Origin: an uncultured Hyphomicrobiales bacterium
Lineage (GTDB): Bacteria > Bacteroidota > Ignavibacteria > Kapaibacteriales > UBA2268
Length of the DNA stretch: 64,000 nt
Direction: 5' to 3'
Assembly (NCBI GenBank): GCA_964498585.1
Contig: CAZCHH010000005.1
Span: 5,506 to 69,505, forward strand
Shown: positions 41,086 through 51,889 of the stretch, piece after piece
Numbering within the stretch: position 1 is the first letter of the stretch
Layout: every line of letters begins with the position of its first letter
The notes under the pieces: generated by a model
Told to the model about the DNA's origin: nothing
The model's database searches: none
Seen by the model: only the letters and a program-made list of their open reading frames with translations
Program-made: the position numbers and the translations under genes

Positions 41086-41676
41086 ATGAACATAATATTT
41101 ATCTTACTTTTAATGCTGTTTTCAAAAGCTGACGAAGAAGTAATAATTGACAGCGAAATGAATTTTGCTGATGCAATCAGAGGCACAAAAGCTCCTAAGG
41201 AAATTATTGATTCTTTGTCATTAATTGATGTATATTACTATTCTTTTGATAACAAATTGCATAAAGGTCAATTGGTAGTTTTTTCAGGTTATAAAGATGA
41301 AATATTTGAAATATTTAAAATTATTAGAAATACTAAATTTCCTGTAGAAAAAGTAATTCCTATAGTTAGATATGACTGGTCTGACAACAAATCAATGGAA
41401 GACAACAACAGTTCTTCGTTTAATTACCGACTCATTGCAAATACTGACCGTTTATCTCTCCATGCTCTTGGAAAAGCAGTTGACATAAATCCGAGACAGA
41501 ATCCAGTAATATACGAGAATGGCAAAATTTCTCCCAATGGTGCAAAATATAATCCGAAGATACCTGGTACTTTTACAAAAAATTCAAATATTGTGATAGA
41601 ATTTGAAAAAAGAGGATGGCGTTGGGGAGGGAAATTTGATTCTTTCAAAGACAACCACCATTTCGATAAAAAATAA
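41086..41676 (+). CDS. M15 family metallopeptidase
   Basis: NNSSSFNYR, S.HA.G.AVDINP..NP, W.WGG.F....D.HHF. Confidence 0.9.
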   Translation: MNIIFILLLMLFSKADEEVIIDSEMNFADAIRGTKAPKEIIDSLSLIDVYYYSFDNKLHKGQLVVFSGYKDEIFEIFKIIRNTKFPVEKVIPIVRYDWSDNKSMEDNNSSSFNYRLIANTDRLSLHALGKAVDINPRQNPVIYENGKISPNGAKYNPKIPGTFTKNSNIVIEFEKRGWRWGGKFDSFKDNHHFDKK

Positions 41677-41745
41677 TTTTATTTTCGATTTTATCTGAAT
41701 AATTCAAGCGATGACTGCGTGTCATCGCTTAAATTATTCATAATT

Positions 41746-42657
41746 TTATTTTCCAGCTTTAGCATCATCGTATAAGATTGTATTGCTTGGGTCAACGTAT
41801 TTTAAATTTAAAAAGACATCTTCATTAGGATAACTTTTTAAAGTATAAGCAATTTCTTCAGCTTTAGAATCGAAAAATGCCTGAAGTAGCACACTCGGAC
41901 CAACCATTTTATCCTTTTTAAAATTGGCAAGGTCTAAAATAACAAATTCTAAACTCTTCATAGCTTTCTCTTTATCGAAAGCCATTTGGTCTAAAACGTC
42001 ATAATAATAACTAAAGAATATTTTTCTTAAATCATAGTATCGCATATCCGTTAATTCAGAAACAAGATTAAATCGGGTAAATTCTCCGGGCTGGGAAAAA
42101 GTGCTATAACCATCTGCGCTATTGGAGGCACCGAGTTGAATAATTGATTTTGCTTGTTCAAATACTTCAGAACCACTTAATTCATTGTAAGAATCAAGGT
42201 CGAACCCAATAACAAGTAGCATATAGTAATCAATCAAGCTTGTGAATGCATCGAAACGCATGGGATTATACGTTAAATTTGCTCCAAGTCCATATTCAAA
42301 TGACCACCGGGAATCAAGCATTTTTAAAGCAACGGATTCTCCTGCTTCCTCTTCAGGACCGTCTAATACTCTTTTTGAAACAACCATCAATCGTCCGCCA
42401 TATAAATTTCTGGTGCCGCCACTGAGAACAATAGTAATTTCAACAGGTATTGGCTCGCCCTCCCATTCTATTCGGGTGAACTTCTGATTGTTTATATAAG
42501 CTTCTACATCATTTTCCATTTGAGTAACATTAGTTCTGTTTTCAAAAGTAAGTTGGTCTAAAATAACAGTTACATTTGCCTTTATTTCCTGCGAAAATGC
42601 AGAAAAAGGCAAGATTAGAAAAGCGATTAATCCTAATGTTTTTATTATATTTTTCAT
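41746..42657 (-). CDS. DUF4835 family (PorD-like, T9SS-associated) protein
   Basis: Signal peptide then QEI.ANVTV; YY..L.IGFD.DSY; FFDSK..EI; VDPSN..Y. Confidence 0.75.
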   Translation of the reverse strand: MKNIIKTLGLIAFLILPFSAFSQEIKANVTVILDQLTFENRTNVTQMENDVEAYINNQKFTRIEWEGEPIPVEITIVLSGGTRNLYGGRLMVVSKRVLDGPEEEAGESVALKMLDSRWSFEYGLGANLTYNPMRFDAFTSLIDYYMLLVIGFDLDSYNELSGSEVFEQAKSIIQLGASNSADGYSTFSQPGEFTRFNLVSELTDMRYYDLRKIFFSYYYDVLDQMAFDKEKAMKSLEFVILDLANFKKDKMVGPSVLLQAFFDSKAEEIAYTLKSYPNEDVFLNLKYVDPSNTILYDDAKAGK

Positions 42658-42753
42658 TTTTAAATAAATTTTTTAAAAAAATACTTTATTTTTCTTAAAT
42701 TATAAAAAATATTCAAGAAAATCAAATATGTTATATATATAAACTATTTTTTT

Positions 42754-43570
42754 ATGAATTTATTGTTAATTAAATTTGTATTGATTTTACATTATTGCTT
42801 TCTAAATAGCACTATCTCAAACAGGATATAGTTTGTATATAAATACAATAAACAATTCTGTTGGAAAAACAGCAATTACAGAATGTTTATATTTACAAAA
42901 TCCAGCACAATTTAAGTATGCCGATGAAACAATAATCTCTTTTTCGATAAGTCCTTCTAAATTCGGAATTATTGATTTAACTCCATTTATAGCGATGCTA
43001 AGCAATCGCTTTAGTGATAAAATCACTGACGGAGCGTCATTTTTCAGCATTGGCAACAAACTTTGGAATGAATTTTCTTTTTCCGTTTTTTCTGCATATC
43101 AATTTGGGAAAAAAATATCATTGGCAGCAGATGTTCAGTACTCCCGTATTCACATTCAGGACTATTCAGAAGAAAACCTGTTGTTCGTTAATGTTGGCTC
43201 TGTTGTTGATGTATCAAGTGAACTTGCAGCAGGATTTTATCTTAGCAATGTCTTGAGAAATAATTATTCACTCAGCGAAAACAATGTTCCCCAATATGGC
43301 ATTTTTGGAATTGGCTACGAACCTTTAGAAAATCTGACATTCGATTTAGATGCAATCATAATAATAAACGAAATGAGTTGATTCAATTTTGCATGTAGTT
43401 ATGATATTGAATATATAATAAAGACGCGTTTAGCATATCCAACCAATCCATCTGCAATTGAGTTCGCAGTATCTTCTTTATTATGGAATTTTATTAGGGT
43501 TTACGCCAGTATTTATCACCACATTACACTTGGAATATCACAAAATTTTTCAATTTCGGTTTTTTGCTAA
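42754..43570 (+). pseudogene. Disrupted outer-membrane beta-barrel gene (PorV/PorQ/FadL-like)
   Basis: Signal region broken near 42790-42806; ORF 42833-43381 ends at an in-frame TGA and the frame continues 62 codons (..TRLAYPTNPS..HHITLGISQNFSISVFC). Confidence 0.65.
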
Positions 43571-43649
43571 TCAGTACTTTTCACAGTATCTATAAAAATT
43601 GATTTGACTTTTCGAATCCACCTTATAAAGCAAGACCTTTTATTTAATA

Positions 43650-43758
43650 ATTCACCTTATGCATTCCCCTCTCAAGAGGGGAATAAGAAAAGTGGATTAA
43701 AAAATGTGGGAAAACTACACTTTTTCATTTCTCAAAAAAGGAATTGCGTAAGGTGAGT
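43650..43758. mobile_element. MITE family F (~109 bp; TIR actcaccttacgca/tgcgtaaggtgagt)
   Basis: Highly similar same-length copy at 53791-53899; inverted copy 62850-62960; internal ttcccctctcaagaggggaa hairpin. Confidence 0.8.
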
Positions 43759-43830
43759 TAATGAGATTTAAAATAAAAAATTCATTTACTCGTCAAATTA
43801 GCATTTTATGGTATCATAAGGAATATAAAT

Positions 43831-44529
43831 ATGAAAAGATTAAGTATGTCGTTAGTGCTGTTGATTGTAATATCACTAATATTATCCTGCAGCGAAACAA
43901 CTTCACCATCAGAAGAAAATAATTTAACTTTGGTAAGCAGTTTATCAAAAACTATGATTACAAGTTCTGTTAATCTTAAATCGGATAATATTCAATCGGA
44001 TATTGATTCTATTAAAGTTGAATCAATCAGAATTTTATTGAGTAATATCAAAGCAAAACTGGCAGATGCTGAAAGAGTAGTTGATGCAGGACCTGTTGTT
44101 TTCAGAATAGCAGATACTAATAATACCGTTGAATTTGCAAGTGCAGATTTACCAGCCGGGGCTATGGATAAAATCAAATTTGAAATTCATAGATTCTCTA
44201 CAAGCGAACTGTCAAACTATGTCAATGACAATATTTTCAAAGATTTTGCAACAACAGAAAGACATACAATAATAATAAAAGGTCAGATGAAATTAGCTTC
44301 AGGTTGGGAATCATTTGAATACAAAACAGATATTGTTGGCAATTTAAATTATGATTTTAATCCACCTATTAATTTAAAAGACAATATAAAAACAATTGTT
44401 GAATTCTGTTTTCAATCTGATTCTGTATTTAAAGAAAATGGTGTCATCGTTGACCCAACAAATCCTAACAGCAAGAATCACATTGACAATCAGATAAAAA
44501 ATGCAATTACTGCAAAATATAATTTATAA
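43831..44529 (+). CDS. Lipoprotein of unknown function (DUF4382-like)
   Basis: Lipobox ILSC; LP.G...KIKFEIH motif. Confidence 0.7.
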   Translation: MKRLSMSLVLLIVISLILSCSETTSPSEENNLTLVSSLSKTMITSSVNLKSDNIQSDIDSIKVESIRILLSNIKAKLADAERVVDAGPVVFRIADTNNTVEFASADLPAGAMDKIKFEIHRFSTSELSNYVNDNIFKDFATTERHTIIIKGQMKLASGWESFEYKTDIVGNLNYDFNPPINLKDNIKTIVEFCFQSDSVFKENGVIVDPTNPNSKNHIDNQIKNAITAKYNL

Positions 44530-44600
44530 AAAAGCAAGATGTTCTAATTGTTTTCAACTCCTTCCCAAGTCGTATTTTGCAAGAAACAGAAAAAAAGATG

Positions 44601-44630
44601 TGCCATACTTTATTAGTGTGGCATTTTTTT
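44601..44630 (+). terminator. Intrinsic terminator
   Basis: tgccatac/gtgtggca stem followed by a T7 run. Confidence 0.65.
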
Positions 44631-44793
44631 GTTTTTCAAAATAGTTTAGCATTTAAACATTTTAAAAATGCAGGCATAGAAAAATTGGAATGAAATGCAA
44701 ATAAATAAATTTCTGATTTATACGATGGCTGAATAAATTCCTCTCTTTTCGCTCAAATTTACAGGTTTATCAAAACATTGATTTTTTTCGGCA

Positions 44794-47103
44794 TTAATTT
44801 TCAATTATTATTTTTTCTGAAAGAAATTTACTATTTGATTGAATACTTAAAACATAAAAACCATTTGGAACGTTAAAACCATTGGTGCTAAAAAAATTTT
44901 CACCTTCAGAGGCAAAGCCATTATAAAGCAATTGTTTTTGACCGAGAATGTTAACTAAAAATATTTGAATTTGTTCATTTTCATTTGTATCATATTTAAT
45001 ATTAATTTTCCCAAAAATTTGATTCACTTCAAATTCGCTATTCTTTGTTTCAATAGAAGTAAAATTACAGGATTTAACATATAATTCTTTACTAAACATA
45101 TCAAGAACTTGTGTTTTCATAATGCAAGAGCGCGAAATAAGAAATGAATTTATATTATCTAAAGCATTAATCCAGGAATTAAAGCTGTTTGGTTTATTAA
45201 ATCTTTCTTTTTGTTTGTTTATTTCTTGTTTTAAATGAAAAAAAATTCCTTGATAAAATTTACATATATTTTGATAATCCAATTCATTGTTAAAAAGGAT
45301 TTGCATCCTTTGAAAAAATTTATTACAAAAAGTTGAGTTTTCTAATAATTTCCTAAAAAACAAAGTTGAATGAGCATTAGTGGGCCAGACATCATTGCTG
45401 GTTGACATTGCATGTTTAAAACCCTCGAAATTAGAGTTAATGAGTCCAGCATCACCATCGAAGAAAATCCACCTCCATTTAGCTCCTTCTTTTCTTTCTC
45501 TCCAACAATTCATATTGTTTGAAGGCCAGTCTTGATTAGCAATAAATATTTCGTATATTTGATAATCAATAAAATTATCAATATCCATCCATTTTTCAAC
45601 AATATCATAATTTGATTGTAAAGACAAATCGTTGGTTTCAATAAAATTATAAAGTAAAAAATATGCTATATTATCACCTTCTTCAACAAAACCAAGCCAA
45701 TCTTCAATTATATCAACATTATTAGAATTAGCATTGTAATTTGATTTTAAAAAGTATTCATCAATTCTCTCTTCAATAAAATAAATGCCCCAATATTCTC
45801 CGTTAATATATATAATTACCGGTCTTGTTGCTACCCAATCAAAATTAAATTCTTTAACAATTTTATATGTAATATAGTTTTCAATTCCTGCATCAGTCCA
45901 AGAAGAATAAAAAGGTCTAAATACTAATCTTTTGAATTCTTCTATCTCTTTATCTTTGAAAATTTGATATTTAAAACAATTAGAACCATATTCGCTTCTT
46001 GCATAAATACGAAATGCTTTTTGAGAATAAGCTCTACAATTTCCCCCATGCATTCGTATTCCAATATTCTGTTTAAATGCTAATTTATTATTAGGTTCGT
46101 AAAATTCAATATAAGCTGGTCTTTCCCATTCAATTCCTCTTGAAAAATAATTTCCCGTCCATTTAGGGTCATTTGGATTGAATAACAATCCCGGTACCAT
46201 TATCCCAACAGTATCGTTAAATAAATCTCTTTTTTCAGCAGAAATGGATATTATTGGGAAATCGTTGTGGATATTGCCTAATTCATTTATAAAATATGTA
46301 TTTGTTCCTACTTCACTTACTTTATTTCCTTTATTAAAAACGGCAGCTTTAATAATTATTGCTTTAATAATTCTTTCTGGCGCATAGTAATATGAATCTG
46401 GCGACATTCTTATAAGCGAAATGTCATTATCGGAAAACAAAGATTTATCAAGAAGCATAGGCAATTTATATAAAAAAGACGAAGTTGTTGGTATGCTTCC
46501 ATCAGTAGTATAATAAATTTGATTATCTGGATTTTTACTTGAAAGAAACAAAGTAAAACAATTTTTATAAATTCCCCCGTTTTGTGAAAATATGACTTCG
46601 TCATGAACTGAACCAAGATTATTAGATTTACCCGGACTCGGTATATGAAATTTATAAAAATTATTGCTTGCATCAGGATAAAGTCCGTAACTTTCATTTT
46701 CTTTTAGCTCTGTTGCATTGACTTTATGAACTATATTGCCAAGATTAACTAAGAATAAATCCTCTCCTTCATTTTTTATTGAAAAGTTAGTATGCAATTC
46801 TCTGCCGGGTACTCTTTTATTTTTTCCTGATGCAAAAATTAATAAAAACTCTTTACTTTTTATTGTAGTATCAGGAAAATGCCATCTTGACAAATTTTTT
46901 ATATCATCAGATAAAGTATAATTTGATAAATTTATCATATCTTCTGAATCATTATAAATTTCTATCCAATCGCTAAAATTACCATCTTCATCTTTGACAT
47001 TATCCTTGTTGGAAGACATAAACTCATTAATTACTATAGATTGACTAAATAAGGTACTAAATACAAATATTAATAAAATAATTATAAAATATAATATTTT
47101 CAT
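44794..47103 (-). CDS. CotH kinase-family protein with lamin-tail domain, FN3-associated linker and probable T9SS CTD
   Basis: INEFMSSN, DWIEIYN, HTNFSI, YYTTDGSIP, INGEYWGIY..EER, N.DWP.NN..W, W.W..FDGD. Confidence 0.85.
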   Translation of the reverse strand: MKILYFIIILLIFVFSTLFSQSIVINEFMSSNKDNVKDEDGNFSDWIEIYNDSEDMINLSNYTLSDDIKNLSRWHFPDTTIKSKEFLLIFASGKNKRVPGRELHTNFSIKNEGEDLFLVNLGNIVHKVNATELKENESYGLYPDASNNFYKFHIPSPGKSNNLGSVHDEVIFSQNGGIYKNCFTLFLSSKNPDNQIYYTTDGSIPTTSSFLYKLPMLLDKSLFSDNDISLIRMSPDSYYYAPERIIKAIIIKAAVFNKGNKVSEVGTNTYFINELGNIHNDFPIISISAEKRDLFNDTVGIMVPGLLFNPNDPKWTGNYFSRGIEWERPAYIEFYEPNNKLAFKQNIGIRMHGGNCRAYSQKAFRIYARSEYGSNCFKYQIFKDKEIEEFKRLVFRPFYSSWTDAGIENYITYKIVKEFNFDWVATRPVIIYINGEYWGIYFIEERIDEYFLKSNYNANSNNVDIIEDWLGFVEEGDNIAYFLLYNFIETNDLSLQSNYDIVEKWMDIDNFIDYQIYEIFIANQDWPSNNMNCWRERKEGAKWRWIFFDGDAGLINSNFEGFKHAMSTSNDVWPTNAHSTLFFRKLLENSTFCNKFFQRMQILFNNELDYQNICKFYQGIFFHLKQEINKQKERFNKPNSFNSWINALDNINSFLISRSCIMKTQVLDMFSKELYVKSCNFTSIETKNSEFEVNQIFGKINIKYDTNENEQIQIFLVNILGQKQLLYNGFASEGENFFSTNGFNVPNGFYVLSIQSNSKFLSEKIIIEN

Positions 47104-47499
47104 TTCTTTTACTCTAATTAGTTAGTAAAAGTGATTTTAATTTCTTTTTCTTTTTAATTGTCAGCCCGAATTATTTCAAAAATATATATGCAATTAAATT
47201 TTTTATATTAAATTTTTTTTCTTTTTCAAAATGTTACTCAAATTAACTACATTTTTTTAAATAATCAAATAAGAAATGATACTAATTTGATTTTATTATT
47301 ACGATTTTAATGCCATTTAGAGGCATTTATAAACGAAGACGTTTACTTTATGTAGAAATGAACTTTTTAATCATCAGACGACTGGCAGTCATCCGATGAC
47401 TTCAACTTAATAATAGAAACATTTTAATTATATGTTTTACATATAGTTACGTGTTAAAAAAAGTTCTTTTGAAATTAATAATTTTAAAAACTAATGTAA

Positions 47500-48207
47500 T
47501 TACTTTACCATAGCGATTTTTTTCAAATCCTGAGGCATTTTTTCAATTGCATATCTTAATGCGGTTCTTGGCATAACAGCTTTATTTTTAACAACGTATT
47601 CAAATACATCAGATTGATTCGCCAGACTTGCAACTTTCAATAGCCAGCCATAGCCCTTTTGAACTAAATCATCTTTATCCAAAAGTAAAATATCTGCAAT
47701 TTCAAAAATATCTCTTAAAAATTTTCCTTTTTTTCCAGGCACTATAAGAGAAACTGCAGCAGCTCGTTTTACCCATCTATTATTTGATTTTGCAAACTCC
47801 TTTAACTTTGATATGTATTCAGGATACATCTCAATAAACTCTCCGATAGTATGATTGCAGAAAGTATCACAGGAAGCCCAGTTTTCTATATATTTGCTTA
47901 TCCAACTTTCAAATATTTCAAAATCAGCAGGCAAAAATTCTTTATGAATCTTATAAGACCAATCGCAGGCAATAAAAGATTCTTCAAGATAGCCGCTTTG
48001 CCACAAATTTTCACATAAATTAAAAATATGGGCTTTTTCTTTTTTCTTAATCAATTTAAAAACTTCTTTACTGATTTTTTGAACGTCTGACGCCTTCACG
48101 CCAATTACATTTACTTTCTCTTTGAAAAAGTGCTGGCTGCCAGCTTTTGTTTTCTCATCAGATTTCTTTTCAAGTTCTTCTCTGATTTTATTTAATATTT
48201 CTTTCAT
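47500..48207 (-). CDS. DNA alkylation repair protein (AlkD-like)
   Basis: NWA.CD, S.NRW.KRA..V, DLVQKGYGWLLK, MPRTALRYAIEK. Confidence 0.88.
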   Translation of the reverse strand: MKEILNKIREELEKKSDEKTKAGSQHFFKEKVNVIGVKASDVQKISKEVFKLIKKKEKAHIFNLCENLWQSGYLEESFIACDWSYKIHKEFLPADFEIFESWISKYIENWASCDTFCNHTIGEFIEMYPEYISKLKEFAKSNNRWVKRAAAVSLIVPGKKGKFLRDIFEIADILLLDKDDLVQKGYGWLLKVASLANQSDVFEYVVKNKAVMPRTALRYAIEKMPQDLKKIAMVK

Positions 48208-48249
48208 AATTCAACAACTACATTATTAATACTTATTATTTTGATTAAT

Positions 48250-48482
48250 CGATTGAAAAAACATACATTTGAATCTGTTGAACATTCAAATTTTGCAGGT
48301 TACTATTCCATAAAAACTTTACACTTGCATCTTGTCTGCAAAAAACGAAACCCTTTTATATTTTATTTTTTAGCCAATTTTTTTTGGGAGTCATAATCTT
48401 CTTTACATTTTTTATCTAAAAAGCCCCAACAAATATGCTTACTATCAATATTTGAGTGTTTGAGAACAATAAATTATTCCAT
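48250..48482 (-). pseudogene. Decayed 5' fragment of a YoaP-type GNAT acetyltransferase (not in the ORF track)
   Basis: Minus strand reads ME*FIVLKHSNIDSKHICWGFLDKKCKEDY, then after a frameshift KKNWLKNKI*KGFVFCRQDA, matching the NI..EHICC..SDKK....KK.WL....G pattern. Confidence 0.6.
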
Positions 48483-48737
48483 TTTTTTTATAAATTATCA
48501 ATAAACTTTTTTACAAATTTATAAAATAATTTAATAATTTTTTACAGAAATGGCTTTAGTAAACAATTATATTAATTCTATCTTCAAAGATAATAAAATC
48601 TGTCATTTACATTTTATTAAATTCTTGTTCTTTCGTTGTGTTACTAACGACATCTTTGTTTTTATCTGTCATTCAGTATACTATCAATTTGTTAATGTTA
48701 TGGTTTGTTTCTTCTTTCTTAACTATTCGCAATTAAA

Positions 48738-48769
48738 TTTGACATTTTTCAAATATATAGTTATTTTTG
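48738..48769 (+). promoter_or_regulatory. Bacteroidota-type sigma-A promoter candidate for ppdK
   Basis: TTTG (48738-41), 20 nt spacer, TATTTTTG (48762-69) fits the TTTG/TAnnTTTG consensus. Confidence 0.5.
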
Positions 48770-48843
48770 TAAGTTAATGTTATTACGTAGAAAAAAATGA
48801 TTTAATATAATTTATTATTTACTCAACTTTTCTGGAGAAAAAA

Positions 48844-51687
48844 ATGGCAGAAAAAAAAGGGAAAAAAGACAAAAAATCCGAAGCTAAATACGTATATTAT
48901 TTTGGTGGCGGAAATGCTGACGGACGCGCAGATATGAAAGCACTACTCGGTGGAAAAGGCGCTAATCTTGCCGAAATGGTAAATTTGGGCTTGCCTGTTC
49001 CCGCTGGCTTTACGATTACAACAGAAGTTTGCACATATTACTATGAAAATAATAATACATACCCAAAAACATTAGCCAAAGAAGTAAAAGACGCATTGCG
49101 TAAAGTAGAAAAAGAGATGGGCGCAAAATTTGGTGACCCAACAAATCCACTACTCGTTTCAGTTCGCTCGGGAGCAAGAGCTTCAATGCCCGGTATGATG
49201 GATACTGTTCTTAATCTTGGCTTAAACGATATTACAATTCAAGGTTTAATTGAAAAATCGAATAATCCCCGCTTTGCTTATGACTCTTATCGCCGCTTCG
49301 TTTCTATGTATGGAGACGTTGTCCTCGGCTTAAAACCACAGGGCAAAGATGACATCGACCCATTTGAAGAAATTTTAGAAGCTAAGAAAAAACAACGTGG
49401 TATTGAATTTGACGTTGATTTTACTGTTGATGACTTAAAAGAACTCGTTGCAGAATATAAAAAAGCAATTAAAGAAAAAACTGGTATGGATTTCCCCGAA
49501 GACCCGGAAGAACAGCTTTGGGGAGCTATCGGAGCAGTATTCGGCTCCTGGAACAACAACCGTGCTATTATTTATAGAAAATTAAATGGTATTCCGGATT
49601 GGTGGGGAACAGCAGTAAACATTCAATCTATGGTTTACGGAAATCTCGGCGAAACCAGCGGAACTGGTGTTGCATTTACCCGCGATGCTGCTACCGGCGA
49701 AAATTATTTCTATGGCGAATTCCTTATGAATGCACAAGGTGAAGACGTTGTTGCCGGAACAAGAACTCCTCTTCCAATTTCTCAGCTTGCAGAAAAAGAT
49801 AAACGCTCTTATAACGGACTTTTAAGCATACGCCAGATTTTAGAGCAGCACTACAGAGATATGCTTGATGTAGAATTTACAATTCAAGATGGAAAACTCT
49901 ATATGCTTCAATGCCGCGTTGGAAAACGCACCGCTTTCGCTTCAATGAAAATTGCTGTTGATATGGTTAAAGAAGGGCTTATTTCTCCAAAAGAAGCTTT
50001 GATGAGAGTAGAACCAGACCAATTAAACCAACTCTTACGCCCGATTTTCGATTTGAACGAAAAGAAAAAAGCATTAGACAAAAAGCAATTTCTTGCAAAG
50101 GGCTTAAATGCTGGTCCCGGTGCTGCTTGCGGTAAGGTAGTTTTCAATGCAGAAGATGCAATCGAATATGCAAAAAAAGGTGAGCCGGTTATTCTTGTTA
50201 GAATTGAAACCTCACCCGAAGACATCGGCGGAATGAATGCTGCTGAAGGTATTTTAACTGCCCGTGGCGGTATGACTTCACACGCTGCTCTCGTTGCCCG
50301 TCAAATGGGTAAAGTATGCGTTGCCGGTTGCGGTTCTTTAAATATTGATTATAAAGCCAGAACTCTTTCGGTTGAAAGCAAAGATTTAGTTGTCAAAGAA
50401 GGTGATTTTATCTCTATTGATGGTTCTACCGGCGAGGTTATTAATGGTAAAATCCCAACCAAGCCAAGCGAAGTAGTTCAGGTCCTTATTCAAAAGACTC
50501 TTGACGAAAAAGATGCACCAACATATCAAATTTACAAACAAATTATGAAATGGGCAGACCAGTTCCGCCGCTTAAATGTTCGCACTAATGCAGACCAGCC
50601 AGACCAAAGTGAAAATGCAGTTGCGTTCGGAGCAGAAGGTATCGGACTTTGCAGAACAGAGCATATGTTCTTCGGCGAAGGCAAAATCGGTCCAATGCGC
50701 GAAATGATTCTTTCCGATTCAGTTGAAGAACGCAGAAAGGCACTTGCAAAAATTCTTCCATTCCAAAGAGCTGACTTTGAAGGTATATTTTTAGCAATGG
50801 ACGGAAGACCAGTTACAATCAGAACAATTGACCCACCACTTCACGAATTTTTACCACAGGACGAAGCCGGTCAAAAGGAAATTGCAAAACAATTAAATAT
50901 ATCACTTACAAAAATCAAAGAGCGTATTGCTGCTCTTCACGAGTTTAACCCAATGCTCGGTTTCCGTGGATGCCGTCTTGGTATTTTCTATCCGGAAATT
51001 ACTGAAATGCAGTCTCGCGCTATTTTTGAAGCAACTGTAAACGTTATTAAAAAAGGCACAAAAGTATTACCGGAAATTATGATTCCACTCGTTGGACACG
51101 TAAAAGAACTCAAATCTCAGGAAGAAATAGTTCGCAAAGTTGCAAATGAAGTAATGGAAGAAACCGGCGTGAAATTCGATTATTTGGTTGGAACAATGAT
51201 TGAAATTCCACGTGGCGCTATAACTGCTGACCAAATTGCAGAAGTTGCTGAATTCTTCTCATTTGGAACAAACGACTTAACTCAAACTACTTTGGGCGTT
51301 AGCCGCGATGATGCTGGTCGTTTCCTTCCTCTTTACGTCCAAAAGGAAATTTACACAAGAGACCCATTTGAAGCAATTGACAGAGAAGGTGTTGGCTTTT
51401 TGATGAAATTAGCCGTAGAACAAGGAAGAGCAACTCGCAAGAAAATCAAACTTGGCATTTGCGGCGAACACGGTGGCGAACCATCGTCAGTCGAATTCTG
51501 CCACCAACTTGGTTTGAATTACGTTTCCTGTTCACCTTTCAGAGTTCCTATTGCCCGTCTTGCTGCTGCACGTGCTGCAATAGCTGAAGAATTACTTACA
51601 AAACCAGACAAAAAAGGCAAAAAAGAAAAGAAAGAAAAGAAAGAGAAAAAAGGTAAAAAAGAGAAAAAAGGCAAGAAAAAGAAATAA
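48844..51687 (+). CDS. ppdK: Pyruvate, phosphate dikinase
   Basis: [63 protein letters not shown]. Confidence 0.98.
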   Translation: MAEKKGKKDKKSEAKYVYYFGGGNADGRADMKALLGGKGANLAEMVNLGLPVPAGFTITTEVCTYYYENNNTYPKTLAKEVKDALRKVEKEMGAKFGDPTNPLLVSVRSGARASMPGMMDTVLNLGLNDITIQGLIEKSNNPRFAYDSYRRFVSMYGDVVLGLKPQGKDDIDPFEEILEAKKKQRGIEFDVDFTVDDLKELVAEYKKAIKEKTGMDFPEDPEEQLWGAIGAVFGSWNNNRAIIYRKLNGIPDWWGTAVNIQSMVYGNLGETSGTGVAFTRDAATGENYFYGEFLMNAQGEDVVAGTRTPLPISQLAEKDKRSYNGLLSIRQILEQHYRDMLDVEFTIQDGKLYMLQCRVGKRTAFASMKIAVDMVKEGLISPKEALMRVEPDQLNQLLRPIFDLNEKKKALDKKQFLAKGLNAGPGAACGKVVFNAEDAIEYAKKGEPVILVRIETSPEDIGGMNAAEGILTARGGMTSHAALVARQMGKVCVAGCGSLNIDYKARTLSVESKDLVVKEGDFISIDGSTGEVINGKIPTKPSEVVQVLIQKTLDEKDAPTYQIYKQIMKWADQFRRLNVRTNADQPDQSENAVAFGAEGIGLCRTEHMFFGEGKIGPMREMILSDSVEERRKALAKILPFQRADFEGIFLAMDGRPVTIRTIDPPLHEFLPQDEAGQKEIAKQLNISLTKIKERIAALHEFNPMLGFRGCRLGIFYPEITEMQSRAIFEATVNVIKKGTKVLPEIMIPLVGHVKELKSQEEIVRKVANEVMEETGVKFDYLVGTMIEIPRGAITADQIAEVAEFFSFGTNDLTQTTLGVSRDDAGRFLPLYVQKEIYTRDPFEAIDREGVGFLMKLAVEQGRATRKKIKLGICGEHGGEPSSVEFCHQLGLNYVSCSPFRVPIARLAAARAAIAEELLTKPDKKGKKEKKEKKEKKGKKEKKGKKKK

Positions 51688-51709
51688 TTTCTTATTAAGA
51701 TAAAAAAAT

Positions 51710-51740
51710 GGCTGTTAGCGAAAGTTAGCAGCCCTTTTTG
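51710..51740 (+). terminator. Intrinsic terminator of ppdK
   Basis: ggctgttagc-gaaa-gttagcagcc followed by a T run. Confidence 0.75.
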
Positions 51741-51889
51741 TTATTTTGAAAAGTAAGAATTTATCAAATTTTCAGCATTTATATTATAATGTTAATATAA
51801 CCTCTTTAAAAATAATAATCAACCATCGGGCTTAACTAATGATTGAAAAAATCAAGATGGATTCCAATAAGGATAGTATTCGTAACCAT

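Noticed and set aside
43379-43381. Selenocysteine or alternative-code readthrough of TGA
   Set aside because: TGA ends intact genes elsewhere in the window (786, 10392, 18033), the gene has other lesions, and no SECIS-like hairpin is evident
48550-48777. 75 aa hydrophobic ORF upstream of ppdK
   Set aside because: No recognisable motif or RBS; low-complexity AT-rich DNA overlapping the likely promoter
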